A stretch of 61,534 nucleotides of DNA, counting the filler. It is 5 parts of 5 records of this genome, joined end to end, with 100 filler letters (N's around TTAATTAATTAA, not from the genome) between each part and the next. Parts side by side here need not be neighbours in the genome. Positions count along the whole stretch, not along the records: positions 1 to 30,133 come from DRR723986_5524; 4 more parts are not named here. One strand, given 5' to 3'. The position numbers and the translations under genes are program-made. This document shows, in pieces, positions 11,738 to 21,050 of the stretch (positions are counted from its first letter, which is position 1; each line of letters opens with the position of its first letter). The notes under the pieces are model-generated. The model was not told the DNA's origin, ran no database searches, and was given only the letters and a program-made list of their open reading frames with translations.

Positions 11738-12505
11738 ATGGCAATTTGGGATTATGCAAATCCGACGCGATTTTTGAGGCTGGTCCAGGTGGTTTTGCCC
11801 TGGCTCATTGGCTTGTGCGTCATTGCGTTCGCCGCCGGGCTCTACATGAGCTTCTTCGTTGCGCCTGAAGACTATCAGCAGGGCGACACCGTGCGGATCA
11901 TGTATATCCACGTGCCGGCCGCCTGGCTCAGCATGATGTGCTATTCCGTGATGGCGCTGTCCTCACTTGGCACCCTTGTGTGGAAACACCCGCTGGCGGA
12001 TGTTTCCGCCAAGAGCGCGGCCCCCATCGGCGCGGCCTTCACCTTCATGGCACTCGTGACCGGATCGCTCTGGGGCAAGCCCATGTGGGGCACCTACTGG
12101 GTCTGGGACGCGCGACTGACGTCGGTCCTGGTCCTCCTGATCATGTATCTCGGCCTGATGACGCTCTGGCGCACGATGGAAGATCCGATCAAGGCCGGCA
12201 AGGCGGCAGCCGTGCTGACGCTTGTCGGTGCGCTGAACCTGCCGATCATCAAGTTTTCAGTCGACTGGTGGAATACGCTTCACCAGCCGGCCAGCGTCAT
12301 GCGCATGGACGGCCCGACCATTCATCCGGACATTCTCTGGCCGCTGCTGGTCATGGCGATCGCCTTTACGCTGCTGTTCTTCGTGTTGCATCTGATGGCA
12401 ATGCGTAACGAGATCCTGCGCCGCCGCGTGCGTGCCCTGCGCCTGCGCGCAGCCAGCGCTGCCCAGCCGGGCACAGCGGCTGCCACGGCTCAGCCTGCGG
12501 AGTAA
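11738..12505 (+). CDS. ccmC: Heme exporter protein CcmC
   Basis: RIMYIHVP, GSLWGKPMWGTYWVWDARLT, WWNTLHQ. Confidence 0.97.
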   Translation: MAIWDYANPTRFLRLVQVVLPWLIGLCVIAFAAGLYMSFFVAPEDYQQGDTVRIMYIHVPAAWLSMMCYSVMALSSLGTLVWKHPLADVSAKSAAPIGAAFTFMALVTGSLWGKPMWGTYWVWDARLTSVLVLLIMYLGLMTLWRTMEDPIKAGKAAAVLTLVGALNLPIIKFSVDWWNTLHQPASVMRMDGPTIHPDILWPLLVMAIAFTLLFFVLHLMAMRNEILRRRVRALRLRAASAAQPGTAAATAQPAE

Positions 12506-12510
12506 TTCTC

Positions 12511-12693
12511 ATGGATCTAGGCCCACACGCTGGCTTCATCTGGGCGTCCTACGGCCTTTGCCTCTTCACGGTCATCGGACTGATCGCCTGGGTGCGCATC
12601 GACAAGGCCCAACAGGAAAAAGCCCTCAAGGACCTGGCAGCCCGGGGCATTTCCCGCGCCCGGCCGGCCGGTGAAGGAAAAGCAAGCTCATGA
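12511..12693 (+). CDS. ccmD: Heme exporter protein CcmD
   Basis: Small TM protein HAGFIWASYG between ccmC and dsbE. Confidence 0.9.
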   Translation: MDLGPHAGFIWASYGLCLFTVIGLIAWVRIDKAQQEKALKDLAARGISRARPAGEGKASS

Positions 12694-13310
12694 CGTCCCC
12701 CGATACCGGTGCCGGCCGGCACGGGCAGCAGACTGCCAAACGCGGTTTCCCGGTTCTGGTGCTGCTGCCCTTGGTAGTGTTCGCAGCGCTCGCCGCCCTG
12801 TTCCTGTTTCAGCTGACCCTCGGCGGCGATCCGCAGAAAATTCCCTCTGCGCTGATCAACAAGCCGGCGCCGGAATTCGACCTGCCGCCGGTTGAAGGCC
12901 TCACCGATGGTGACACCGCCGTTGCCGGGTTTTCCCGTCAGGATCTCATCGGCAAGATTTCCGTCGTCAATGTGTTTGCATCCTGGTGCGTGCCCTGCCG
13001 CCAGGAGCACCCGCTTCTGGAAGAGCTTGCAAAGGTCGAGGGCATCCAGCTTCTCGGTATCAACTACAAGGACAAGCCGGAAAACGCGCGCCGCTTCCTG
13101 GGCAGTCTCGGTAATCCGTATCAGCGCGTCGGCGCAGATACCGCTGGCCGCACCGCGATCGAATGGGGTGTCTACGGTGTGCCGGAAACCTTCGTCGTCG
13201 ATGGGGAAGGCACGATCCGGTACAAGTTCATCGGTCCGCTGAGCCCCGAAAGCTATTACGACGTCTTCCTGCCGGAACTGCAGAAGATCATGGACGGCAA
13301 CAAATCCTGA
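12690..13310 (+). CDS. dsbE: Thiol:disulfide interchange protein DsbE/CcmG
   Basis: PSALINKPAP, FASWCVPCRQEHP, GVYGVPETF. Confidence 0.95.
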   Translation: MTSPDTGAGRHGQQTAKRGFPVLVLLPLVVFAALAALFLFQLTLGGDPQKIPSALINKPAPEFDLPPVEGLTDGDTAVAGFSRQDLIGKISVVNVFASWCVPCRQEHPLLEELAKVEGIQLLGINYKDKPENARRFLGSLGNPYQRVGADTAGRTAIEWGVYGVPETFVVDGEGTIRYKFIGPLSPESYYDVFLPELQKIMDGNKS

Positions 13311-13472
13311 TCTTGCCAACCTTGTGGTGCCTGCCTGTCACCTGCGCAGGCCATTGTCCCCGCTGATTGTTTGCGGTGACAACGGCGAACCGGCCAAGCC
13401 CATTTACAAATCGCCACGGGGCCGTTCTAAAGTCCGGATCATCTTTTTCAGCCGATTCCGGAGAGGCCCGTC

Positions 13473-14393
13473 TTGAAAGTACTTGTGATCGGCGGTTGCG
13501 GGTTCATCGGGTCTCATGTCGTGGACAAGTGCCTTCAGCAAGGCTTGTCGGTGCGGGTCATGGACACTCGGCCGGAACTGTACCGGCCGCCGCTTCCCGG
13601 TGTCGACTACGTCTTCCACAGCCTGTCCGATCATCACCGGCTCGCCGACACCCTGTCCGGTGTGGATGCGGTGGTGCATCTGGCCAGCACAACCGTTCCA
13701 TCGACCTCGAACCTTGATCCGGCCGCCGACATCTCCGGCAACCTCGTTCCCACGGTTCGCCTTCTGGAAGCCATGCGGGCAAGCGGAACGAGGAAACTCG
13801 TCTTCTTTTCCTCCGGCGGCACAGTCTATGGCATCCCGACAAAGGATCCGGTGCCGGAAGATCATCCGCTGAACCCGATCTCTTCCTACGGCATCGTCAA
13901 GCTGGCGATCGAACAGTACCTGCGCATGGAACAACAGCTCCACGAGCTCGAGTTCGTCGCCCTTCGTCCGGCGAACATCTATGGACCGCGCCAGGCACAG
14001 GTCGGCCTTCTGGGCGTGATCGGAACCTATCTGCGCAAGGTGGCGGAGGACGCCCCCATCGAAATCTGGGGGGACGGCAGCGTCGTGCGCGACTTCGTTC
14101 ACGTCGAAGACATTGCCGACCTGTGTCATCGCGCCCTGATCTCCGGCGAGTCCGGCTGCTTCAACGCCGGAAGCGGCGAAGGCACGTCCATCTCGCAGGT
14201 CGTCGACATCATCGGCCAGACCACAGGTCGCACCCTGGAACCGGTCTACAAGCCGGGCCGCAACTTCGACGTGCCACGGGTGGTGCTGGATATTGCCAGG
14301 GCACGAGCAACATTCGGCTGGCAGCCTGCCGTTCCCTTGCGGCGCGGCATCGGAGAAACGTGGGAATGGGTGAAGCAGCACAGCGCACCTTGA
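13473..14393 (+). CDS. NAD-dependent epimerase/dehydratase (UDP-glucose 4-epimerase-like)
   Basis: GGCGFIG, SSGGTVYG, YGIVK (YxxxK), RDFVHVED. Confidence 0.9.
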   Translation: MKVLVIGGCGFIGSHVVDKCLQQGLSVRVMDTRPELYRPPLPGVDYVFHSLSDHHRLADTLSGVDAVVHLASTTVPSTSNLDPAADISGNLVPTVRLLEAMRASGTRKLVFFSSGGTVYGIPTKDPVPEDHPLNPISSYGIVKLAIEQYLRMEQQLHELEFVALRPANIYGPRQAQVGLLGVIGTYLRKVAEDAPIEIWGDGSVVRDFVHVEDIADLCHRALISGESGCFNAGSGEGTSISQVVDIIGQTTGRTLEPVYKPGRNFDVPRVVLDIARARATFGWQPAVPLRRGIGETWEWVKQHSAP

Positions 14394-14551
14394 TGTGCCG
14401 TTAGCGCTGGAACCTGCAGAAAATCGGCGACTGACTGAAACGGACCCGCCGCATCAGTTCATTTACCCATAATAAAATCGACGCTGGCATAGATTTCCCG
14501 GAAGCCTGCGGTCATTAGTGTCCCTAGGTTAATTGAGGGGATGATTTGCGC

Positions 14552-15670
14552 ATGAACGTGACCGACAGCGCGGCAAAGGTTCGACTGGAACAACTGACCG
14601 GACTGCGCTTTTTCGCAGCCTTGCTGGTGTTTGGCGTTCATTTCCGCTGGGATACCAGCGGCGACTTCGTCAAGACAATCGCCGAACAGGGCTATGTCGG
14701 CGTCTCTTTCTTCTTCATCCTGTCCGGCTTCGTGCTGACACAGTCCTACAAGACGAGGATCCTTGCCGGCACGATGTCCTTTCGCGACTACTTCCTGCTG
14801 CGCATTGCACGTCTGACACCGCTGCATTTCCTCACCGGATTGCCGTTTCTTTATTTCTCGATCATGCAGGTCGAGGCGATCTACTCGGAAGAATTCAGCG
14901 TCATCAAGACGGTTCTGAACCTGACCTACCTGCAGAGCTGGATTCCGGTTTCCTCGATCTATTTCTCTCTCAACGCACCGTCCTGGTCGCTGTCGGATGA
15001 AATGTTCTTCTATGTGTGCTTCTTCGGCCTGGTTGCGTTTTCACCGCGAAAGCTTGTGGCGGTGACCCTGGGGCTCGGTGTGGTGGTGTTCGTTTCCGCC
15101 CTGCTGGTTCAGGTATTCCTCGGAGATGTGATCTTCTTCGGCAAATACCCGTTCTCGCATTGGCTGTTCTATGTCTTTCCCGGCTTCCGCATTCTGGAGT
15201 TTCTGGTCGGCATGGTTCTGCATGAGGCCTGGCGTCGCGGCGTCCGGCTGCCCGGTGTGGTGCAGCCACTCAGCTATCTTCTTCTGTTCCTGGCGATGTG
15301 GCTGGCACCGGATGTCCCGGATCCCTTCCGCTATTCTCTGTTCTACCTGCCGGTCATCACACTTTTCTTCTATGCACATCTGACGGAAGGCGCCGCACTC
15401 ACACGGGTGTTTGCAACTCGCCCGCTCGTGCTTCTCGGCAATGCCTCTTTCGCCTTCTATCTTGTGCACCAGCCGTCGCTTCACCTGATGAACATCTTCC
15501 TCAGGCCGTCCATCCCGGCGGATATCGTTTTCTTTCCGGTATCGCTGTGCATCACGGCCGCGTTTTCGATCTTCCTCTACCGCATTTATGAGATGCCGGC
15601 GGAGCGGGCGCTGAAATCATGGGTGAAGGGAAAGCGGTCCGCACAAACACCGAACGAGGCAACGTCCTGA
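14552..15670 (+). CDS. Acyltransferase family 3 (OafA-like membrane acyltransferase)
   Basis: LTGLRFFAALLV, GVSFFFILSGFVL, WSLSDEMFFY, LGNASFAFYLVH. Confidence 0.9.
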   Translation: MNVTDSAAKVRLEQLTGLRFFAALLVFGVHFRWDTSGDFVKTIAEQGYVGVSFFFILSGFVLTQSYKTRILAGTMSFRDYFLLRIARLTPLHFLTGLPFLYFSIMQVEAIYSEEFSVIKTVLNLTYLQSWIPVSSIYFSLNAPSWSLSDEMFFYVCFFGLVAFSPRKLVAVTLGLGVVVFVSALLVQVFLGDVIFFGKYPFSHWLFYVFPGFRILEFLVGMVLHEAWRRGVRLPGVVQPLSYLLLFLAMWLAPDVPDPFRYSLFYLPVITLFFYAHLTEGAALTRVFATRPLVLLGNASFAFYLVHQPSLHLMNIFLRPSIPADIVFFPVSLCITAAFSIFLYRIYEMPAERALKSWVKGKRSAQTPNEATS

Positions 15671-15812
15671 CGCATCAAATTCCGCGTCTCGCTGCGGTGA
15701 GCCGTTTAACATAATCTCAATGCTGACGGCGGATTATTGCGGCGAACCGGCCAATTTCAGGCCGGATACCGCCAGCCGCCACCGGTCAGATTGGCGCCAA
15801 CCATGAGTATTC

Positions 15813-16442
15813 TTGTTGCTTTCCGAACTCGTCCTTTCCGCCCTGACTGATGTGATCCTTGCCTGTGAGCTATTTTTTCTCGCCGGCCTGAGCCTGCGTC
15901 CGGGCATTCAGACCTTCTCACCTGCCTGGATCTGGAGCCTGACACTTGCATTGATCGGGCTTGCCTCGATGCTGGGTGCCATTGACCACGGGTTCTTCGA
16001 AACAATCGGTCACGAAGCGCACCGTCCGCTTGTGATCGCAACGCGCATCGTCATCGTTCTGGGCAGTCTCAGCATGATCGTCGCGGCCAGCTTTCAGTAT
16101 CTGTCCTCGCCGCTGCGCCTGGGATTTGTGGCTGCCGGCGTCCTGGGTGCACTCTGGCCGGTCTTCATGATCCTGACTTCCGACGATTTTCTGTCCGTGA
16201 TCCTCTATTATTCCGTCGGCCTGATATTCCTGCTGGTGCTGAGCGTTGTCCGGTTCCGCCAGAACAAGGGAACGCTGCCGATGATCGCCGGCATTCTTCT
16301 CACGCTGGGTGTATCAGCGATGATCCCGATGCAGAGCCCGGGGTTCTGGGGTCTTGGCCTCTATGGAAGCTATCACGTCCTGCTGATGCCAATCGTCGTG
16401 CTTCTGTATTTCGGCGGCCGCTGGTTCAGGACCACGAGGTAG
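15813..16442 (+). CDS. Multi-pass membrane protein, DUF6962-like
   Basis: About 7 TM segments; TDVILA, ASMLGAIDHG, C-terminal YHV. Confidence 0.6.
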   Translation: MLLSELVLSALTDVILACELFFLAGLSLRPGIQTFSPAWIWSLTLALIGLASMLGAIDHGFFETIGHEAHRPLVIATRIVIVLGSLSMIVAASFQYLSSPLRLGFVAAGVLGALWPVFMILTSDDFLSVILYYSVGLIFLLVLSVVRFRQNKGTLPMIAGILLTLGVSAMIPMQSPGFWGLGLYGSYHVLLMPIVVLLYFGGRWFRTTR

Positions 16443-16451
16443 GGTAACCCC

Positions 16452-17591
16452 ATGCGCACGGCTTCCATCCCCGTTGAAGAAAAGGTCCAGGAAACGGAAG
16501 ATCTTGAAACGATCTTTCATCGGATGACGGAGTTCATGCCGCAGCGGGTCGCCGATGCGGTACGGGCGGCCTCGCGCAGGGTGCCGGTCGCGGCGCATCA
16601 GGACGTCATCGTCGAGGGCGAGACAAGCGACGGGCTCTACATCGTTCTCGAAGGCACCTTCGGCATCTATCGCAAGGGTGACGGCACGGCCTCGGACCAC
16701 CGTGTTGCGGAAATTGGGCCGGGACAGCCTTTCGGCGAAATGGCGCTTCTCGACGGTGAACCACGCTCGGCAACCGTGCGTGCTGAAACAGCCGGTGCCG
16801 TGCTTGAAATCGAGCCGGAGCGGATCCTCGAACTGGCCGATGGCGAAGCCAGACTTGCAGAATTCAAGGGGGCTCTGGCATTCTTCGTGACACGGCGCAT
16901 GCGCGCCTCCACGCAGGAGCATGTCGCAGCCCTGCAGCGTGAACTGGACCTCCGGAACGAACAGCAGCAGTTCGGCAAGTTTTTCGTCTATTCGCTGATC
17001 ATGATGTCCATCGGCACGCTGGTGAACAACGTCCTGGCGCGGACGATCGTCAACGTGGACGTCTATACCGAAGTCTTCGCCTGGCAGTATCTCGCCATCC
17101 TGATGGTGCCAAGCCTCTTTGTCATCCGGCACATGGGCATTTCGATTTCGGCGCTCGGACTGACAACCGTCGGCCTGAAGAAATCCCTGATCGAGGGCGC
17201 GATCATTTCGGTCGGGCTTTGTATCTTTGCCTGGGGACTGGCGGCAGTGCTCAAATATTTCGACGCGCTACCCGGCAAGCCACTGCCCTTCAACCTGCTG
17301 GGAACACTGAGCTACTTTCTTCACAGCGCCCTGCAGGAAATCATCGCCAGGGGCTTTCTGCAGTCTTCCTTCCAGCGTTTCCTGGGAGACCAGGGCAAAT
17401 GGCGGTCGGTCCTTCTCGCCTCGGTGCTGTTCGGAATGTTCCACCTTCATTTCGGCATTCCGGCCGTGCTGATGACAATCGGCACCGGATTTATCTTCGG
17501 CTGGATCTACATCAGGCATCAGAACATCGCCGGTGTGATCCTGATTCACTACATGATGGGTGTCGCGGCCTTCAATACAGGCTTGATCTGA
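16452..17591 (+). CDS. Cyclic-nucleotide-binding domain fused to CPBP (CAAX/Abi) intramembrane metalloprotease-like domain
   Basis: FGEMALLDGEPRSATVRA (cNMP); QEIIARG, FGMFH, HYMMG (CPBP motifs). Confidence 0.85.
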   Translation: MRTASIPVEEKVQETEDLETIFHRMTEFMPQRVADAVRAASRRVPVAAHQDVIVEGETSDGLYIVLEGTFGIYRKGDGTASDHRVAEIGPGQPFGEMALLDGEPRSATVRAETAGAVLEIEPERILELADGEARLAEFKGALAFFVTRRMRASTQEHVAALQRELDLRNEQQQFGKFFVYSLIMMSIGTLVNNVLARTIVNVDVYTEVFAWQYLAILMVPSLFVIRHMGISISALGLTTVGLKKSLIEGAIISVGLCIFAWGLAAVLKYFDALPGKPLPFNLLGTLSYFLHSALQEIIARGFLQSSFQRFLGDQGKWRSVLLASVLFGMFHLHFGIPAVLMTIGTGFIFGWIYIRHQNIAGVILIHYMMGVAAFNTGLI

Positions 17592-17615
17592 GACGCAAGC
17601 CTAAGCTAGTGCTGC

Positions 17616-18584
17616 TTGCTCGACCCTATCGCTGCAGGTTGGAACGACATGATTGCCCGTGACTATTTCATACCGCGACCAGCCATCTACTATCGCGATT
17701 TCTGCTTTTATCTGGCGCTTTTTGTCGTTGGGTTTGCGTGGGGTCTGAACGCCTCCTGGCCGATGGTTATCCTGCCCTGGCTGCTGGCGACATTCGGCCT
17801 GCACCGCGCAGGACTTTTCTGCCACGAAATCGTTCACATCAAGGATGACAAGCTGCGCGGTTTCCGGGCGCTCTACACCTGGACGGTGGCGCTCATCGTG
17901 ATGGTTCCACCGCTGCGGTTTCAACTGCCGCATCTGGCCCATCATCGGCTCGGCATTTTCGGAACGCCCGAGGATCCGCAATACCCGCTCGTGCGCGGCA
18001 ATGCGTTTGCCATGGCCATGGTTCTGCTCGTGATCCCCTTTGTGGTGCCCTTTACCAACCTTCTGATGACGGTGACCGCCGCGCTCGGTGCGTTCCGGGT
18101 CGAAGCTGCGCTCGATCGCTGGGCGACGGAGAAGCTCGGCTTTTCGCTCAGCTCCGCCCTGACACCGGAACAGCAGGCCGAAGTGACCCGGCACGCCCGG
18201 GTTACGCTCGCGCTCTTCATTGCGGCAATCATCTTCTTCCCCGCGGCGCTGCCTTTCTATTATGCCGTCCTGGTTCTGGGCTGGGCGCTTTTGACCGCGC
18301 GTATCCCGCTGGAACATGAACTGGAACGCCTGGCCGAAACCTCCGGACGGGAAGACCAGATGATCGACAGCTTCACGATCGAGTCTCCGCTGGCCCTGAT
18401 CGTGCAGCCTGTTGGGTTCCGCTTTCATACGGCGCATCACATGTATCCCGGGGTGCCCTATCACAATCTGCCCGCACTCCACGAGGAGCTGAAGCGCACC
18501 ATTCCCGAGTACCGGGACAGCATCATTTCGCTCTGGACCGCGATCAGCGGCCCCAAACGCCGTCCTGCAAATTCTCTTCATTGA
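17616..18584 (+). CDS. Membrane fatty acid desaturase
   Basis: Three His boxes HEIVH, HLAHH, HTAHH and PGVPYHNLP; alternative ATG at 17649. Confidence 0.9.
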   Translation: MLDPIAAGWNDMIARDYFIPRPAIYYRDFCFYLALFVVGFAWGLNASWPMVILPWLLATFGLHRAGLFCHEIVHIKDDKLRGFRALYTWTVALIVMVPPLRFQLPHLAHHRLGIFGTPEDPQYPLVRGNAFAMAMVLLVIPFVVPFTNLLMTVTAALGAFRVEAALDRWATEKLGFSLSSALTPEQQAEVTRHARVTLALFIAAIIFFPAALPFYYAVLVLGWALLTARIPLEHELERLAETSGREDQMIDSFTIESPLALIVQPVGFRFHTAHHMYPGVPYHNLPALHEELKRTIPEYRDSIISLWTAISGPKRRPANSLH

Positions 18585-18600
18585 TTTAGAAAGCCCGCCG

Positions 18601-19833
18601 ATGAAAGACGTTATCCGCCAGCTCGCAGAAGCCATGTCTGCGGCCTCTCCCGATGCGCAGTTCGAAGTCCGCTACTGGGACGGAACCGGCTTCTCCATCG
18701 GGACCGAGCCAGAGTTCATTCTGCATTTCAAGAACGAGCGGGCTCTCTCCAGGGTGCTTTCGGATGCCTTCATGGGCTTTGGCGAGAGCTACATGCTGGG
18801 CGACATCGAGGTGGAAGGCGACATCAAGAAGCTCTTCTACCTGGGCTTTGCCATTGATTTCGCGGAACGGCCCATGTCGTTGATGCTGCGGATCAAACTG
18901 GCCTTTCACTTCCTGCGCGCACGCAACACCATTGCCCGCTCGCGCGAGAACATTTCCTTCAGCTACGACATCGGCAACGATTTTTACGAGATCCTGCTCG
19001 GAAAGGGCATGATCTACACCTGTGCCTATTTCACCTCGCCCGACAACACGCTGGATGAAGCACAGAACAACAAGCTCGAACTGGTTTGCCGCAAGCTGTG
19101 CCTGAAGCCGGGTGAACATGTTGCCGATCTCGGTTGCGGCTGGGGCGGGTTCCTGATGTATGCCGCCGAAAACTACGGCATCACGGGCGTAGGCTTCACC
19201 ATTTCGGCAGAACAGCGCGACTATGCGATTCAGAAGATCGCCGAGCGCGGCCTCTCCGACAAGATCGAGATCCGCCTGCAGGACGCTCGCGAAGCGGACG
19301 GCCTTTACGACAAGGTTGCCTCGATCGGCATGGTCGAACACATGGGCAATGCCCAGATCGCACCGGTCTTCGAACGGATCGCACACATTCTCAAGCCGCA
19401 GGGCCTTGCTTTCGTCCACACGATCGGCAACGAAATCCCCCGGCCGATCGACCCCTGGATCGACAAATACATCTTCCCGGGAACTCAGGCATCGCCGCTG
19501 ACGACCATGGTCGAGGCTGCCGGCAACAATGATCTCTACATGATCGACCTTGAGAACATCCGGCTGCACTATCCACCGACGGTCAAATACTGGCTCGCCA
19601 ATTTCGACGCCAATATCGACCGTATCCGCGAAATGTATGACGACACCTTCGTCAGAAGCTTCCGTCTGTATCTGGAAGTCGCAAGTTCCTCCTTCAGCTG
19701 GGGCGACAACCGGCTGTACCATCTGCTGATGACCAGGGGCCTGAAAAACGATGTCCCGATGACCCGGGAGCATCTGGTTCTGCCGAAGTCCGGCACTTCC
19801 CCGACCGGTACATCTTCAGAAGGTGGTGCATGA
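18601..19833 (+). CDS. cfa: Cyclopropane-fatty-acyl-phospholipid synthase family SAM-dependent methyltransferase
   Basis: YDIGNDFY, MIYTCAYF, DLGCGWGG, SIGMVEH, WIDKYIFPG. Confidence 0.9.
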   Translation: MKDVIRQLAEAMSAASPDAQFEVRYWDGTGFSIGTEPEFILHFKNERALSRVLSDAFMGFGESYMLGDIEVEGDIKKLFYLGFAIDFAERPMSLMLRIKLAFHFLRARNTIARSRENISFSYDIGNDFYEILLGKGMIYTCAYFTSPDNTLDEAQNNKLELVCRKLCLKPGEHVADLGCGWGGFLMYAAENYGITGVGFTISAEQRDYAIQKIAERGLSDKIEIRLQDAREADGLYDKVASIGMVEHMGNAQIAPVFERIAHILKPQGLAFVHTIGNEIPRPIDPWIDKYIFPGTQASPLTTMVEAAGNNDLYMIDLENIRLHYPPTVKYWLANFDANIDRIREMYDDTFVRSFRLYLEVASSSFSWGDNRLYHLLMTRGLKNDVPMTREHLVLPKSGTSPTGTSSEGGA

Positions 19834-21047
19834 CGGAACCCGTCCATGTGGCAGTGATCTATACGGACGCAGGCGGTGGCCACAGGGCCAGCGCCTTCGC
19901 CCTGAAAGCATGCCTCGAAGGGTCCGGCAGATACCGGGTCAGCCTGATAAATCCCTATACCTCGCTGATCCCGCATCTCGACCTCTTCAGCCGCTTCGGA
20001 TCACGCACAGGGGAGAATATCTACAACGAGGTCATCTTGCGTCAGGGACGTACCGGCCTCACCTGCTGGCTGTTTTATGCAGCCTTGCGCTTGAACTACG
20101 TCTTCTGCGAACCGCCGGCCATCAGCATTCTTTCCCGGCATTTCGAGGACATTCGCCCGGACATCGTGCTGTCGGTCATGCCGCTCGGCAACCGGGTGAT
20201 GCTGGAGGCGCTGAAACGCTACCGCGCTGGCATAACGGAAGGCCCGTTGCCGGAAGGCGCCGTCATGATCACGGACTGGGCGGAACTGGCAAAGGGTGTC
20301 TGGTTTCCCAATCGGGCCGACTACCACGCAATTTGCGGCACGCAGGACGCCCTGCGGAATGCCGAAAAGCTTCCAAAGCTTGCCGGCAAGATCCATGCGA
20401 TGGGCGGCTTGCTGATCCGGCCGGAATTCACCGACCCCACCCAACGCTCCAGCCGGGAAACGCTGAACCTCGATCCTTCCAGACCTGTCGTGACCGTGCT
20501 CTATGGTGCCCAGGGCAGCATGCGCATGATCGAACTGGCAACCGCAATGCGCGACATTCCACATAACGCCCAGGTGGTGTTTCTTTGCGGCCGGAACGAA
20601 GCGCTTGCCGATCAGCTGCGCGCCATGGACCTGCCTTTTCCGGTCCAGGTTCTCGGGTTTACCGACAGGGTCGCCCAGTATCTTTCCGCCAGCGATCTCT
20701 TCATTGGCAAGCCGGGTCCGGGCAGCACCAGCGAAGCCATGGCACTTGGCGTATCCATGCTGCTCGACAAGAGCCTGGCGCTGCCGCAGGAAGCTGCGGT
20801 CCTGCGCCACGTGACGAAGACAGGAGCCGGACTGGCCTTTTCGACGTCCTCCGATTTCAGCGAGAGTTTCAAGGCCGCCATGTCCGCCATCGAGAGCGGC
20901 GAGGCGCGGCAACCGGTTGCCGCCAACACATCGCCCGCCGACATTCTTGAGATCATGGACCGCATCGGCGCTTCCCGTGTTCCGGCAGCAGGCTCCTTGC
21001 AACCAGCCGGTGAATTGCCGCGCGCCCGGCACGTGTCCAGAGCCTGA
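19830..21047 (+). CDS. MGDG synthase-like glycosyltransferase (GT28)
   Basis: DAGGGHRASA, ITD, CGRNEAL, GFTDRV, KPGPGSTSEA, LPQE; ATGA-coupled to cfa. Confidence 0.87.
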   Translation: MTEPVHVAVIYTDAGGGHRASAFALKACLEGSGRYRVSLINPYTSLIPHLDLFSRFGSRTGENIYNEVILRQGRTGLTCWLFYAALRLNYVFCEPPAISILSRHFEDIRPDIVLSVMPLGNRVMLEALKRYRAGITEGPLPEGAVMITDWAELAKGVWFPNRADYHAICGTQDALRNAEKLPKLAGKIHAMGGLLIRPEFTDPTQRSSRETLNLDPSRPVVTVLYGAQGSMRMIELATAMRDIPHNAQVVFLCGRNEALADQLRAMDLPFPVQVLGFTDRVAQYLSASDLFIGKPGPGSTSEAMALGVSMLLDKSLALPQEAAVLRHVTKTGAGLAFSTSSDFSESFKAAMSAIESGEARQPVAANTSPADILEIMDRIGASRVPAAGSLQPAGELPRARHVSRA

Positions 21048-21050
21048 CCG

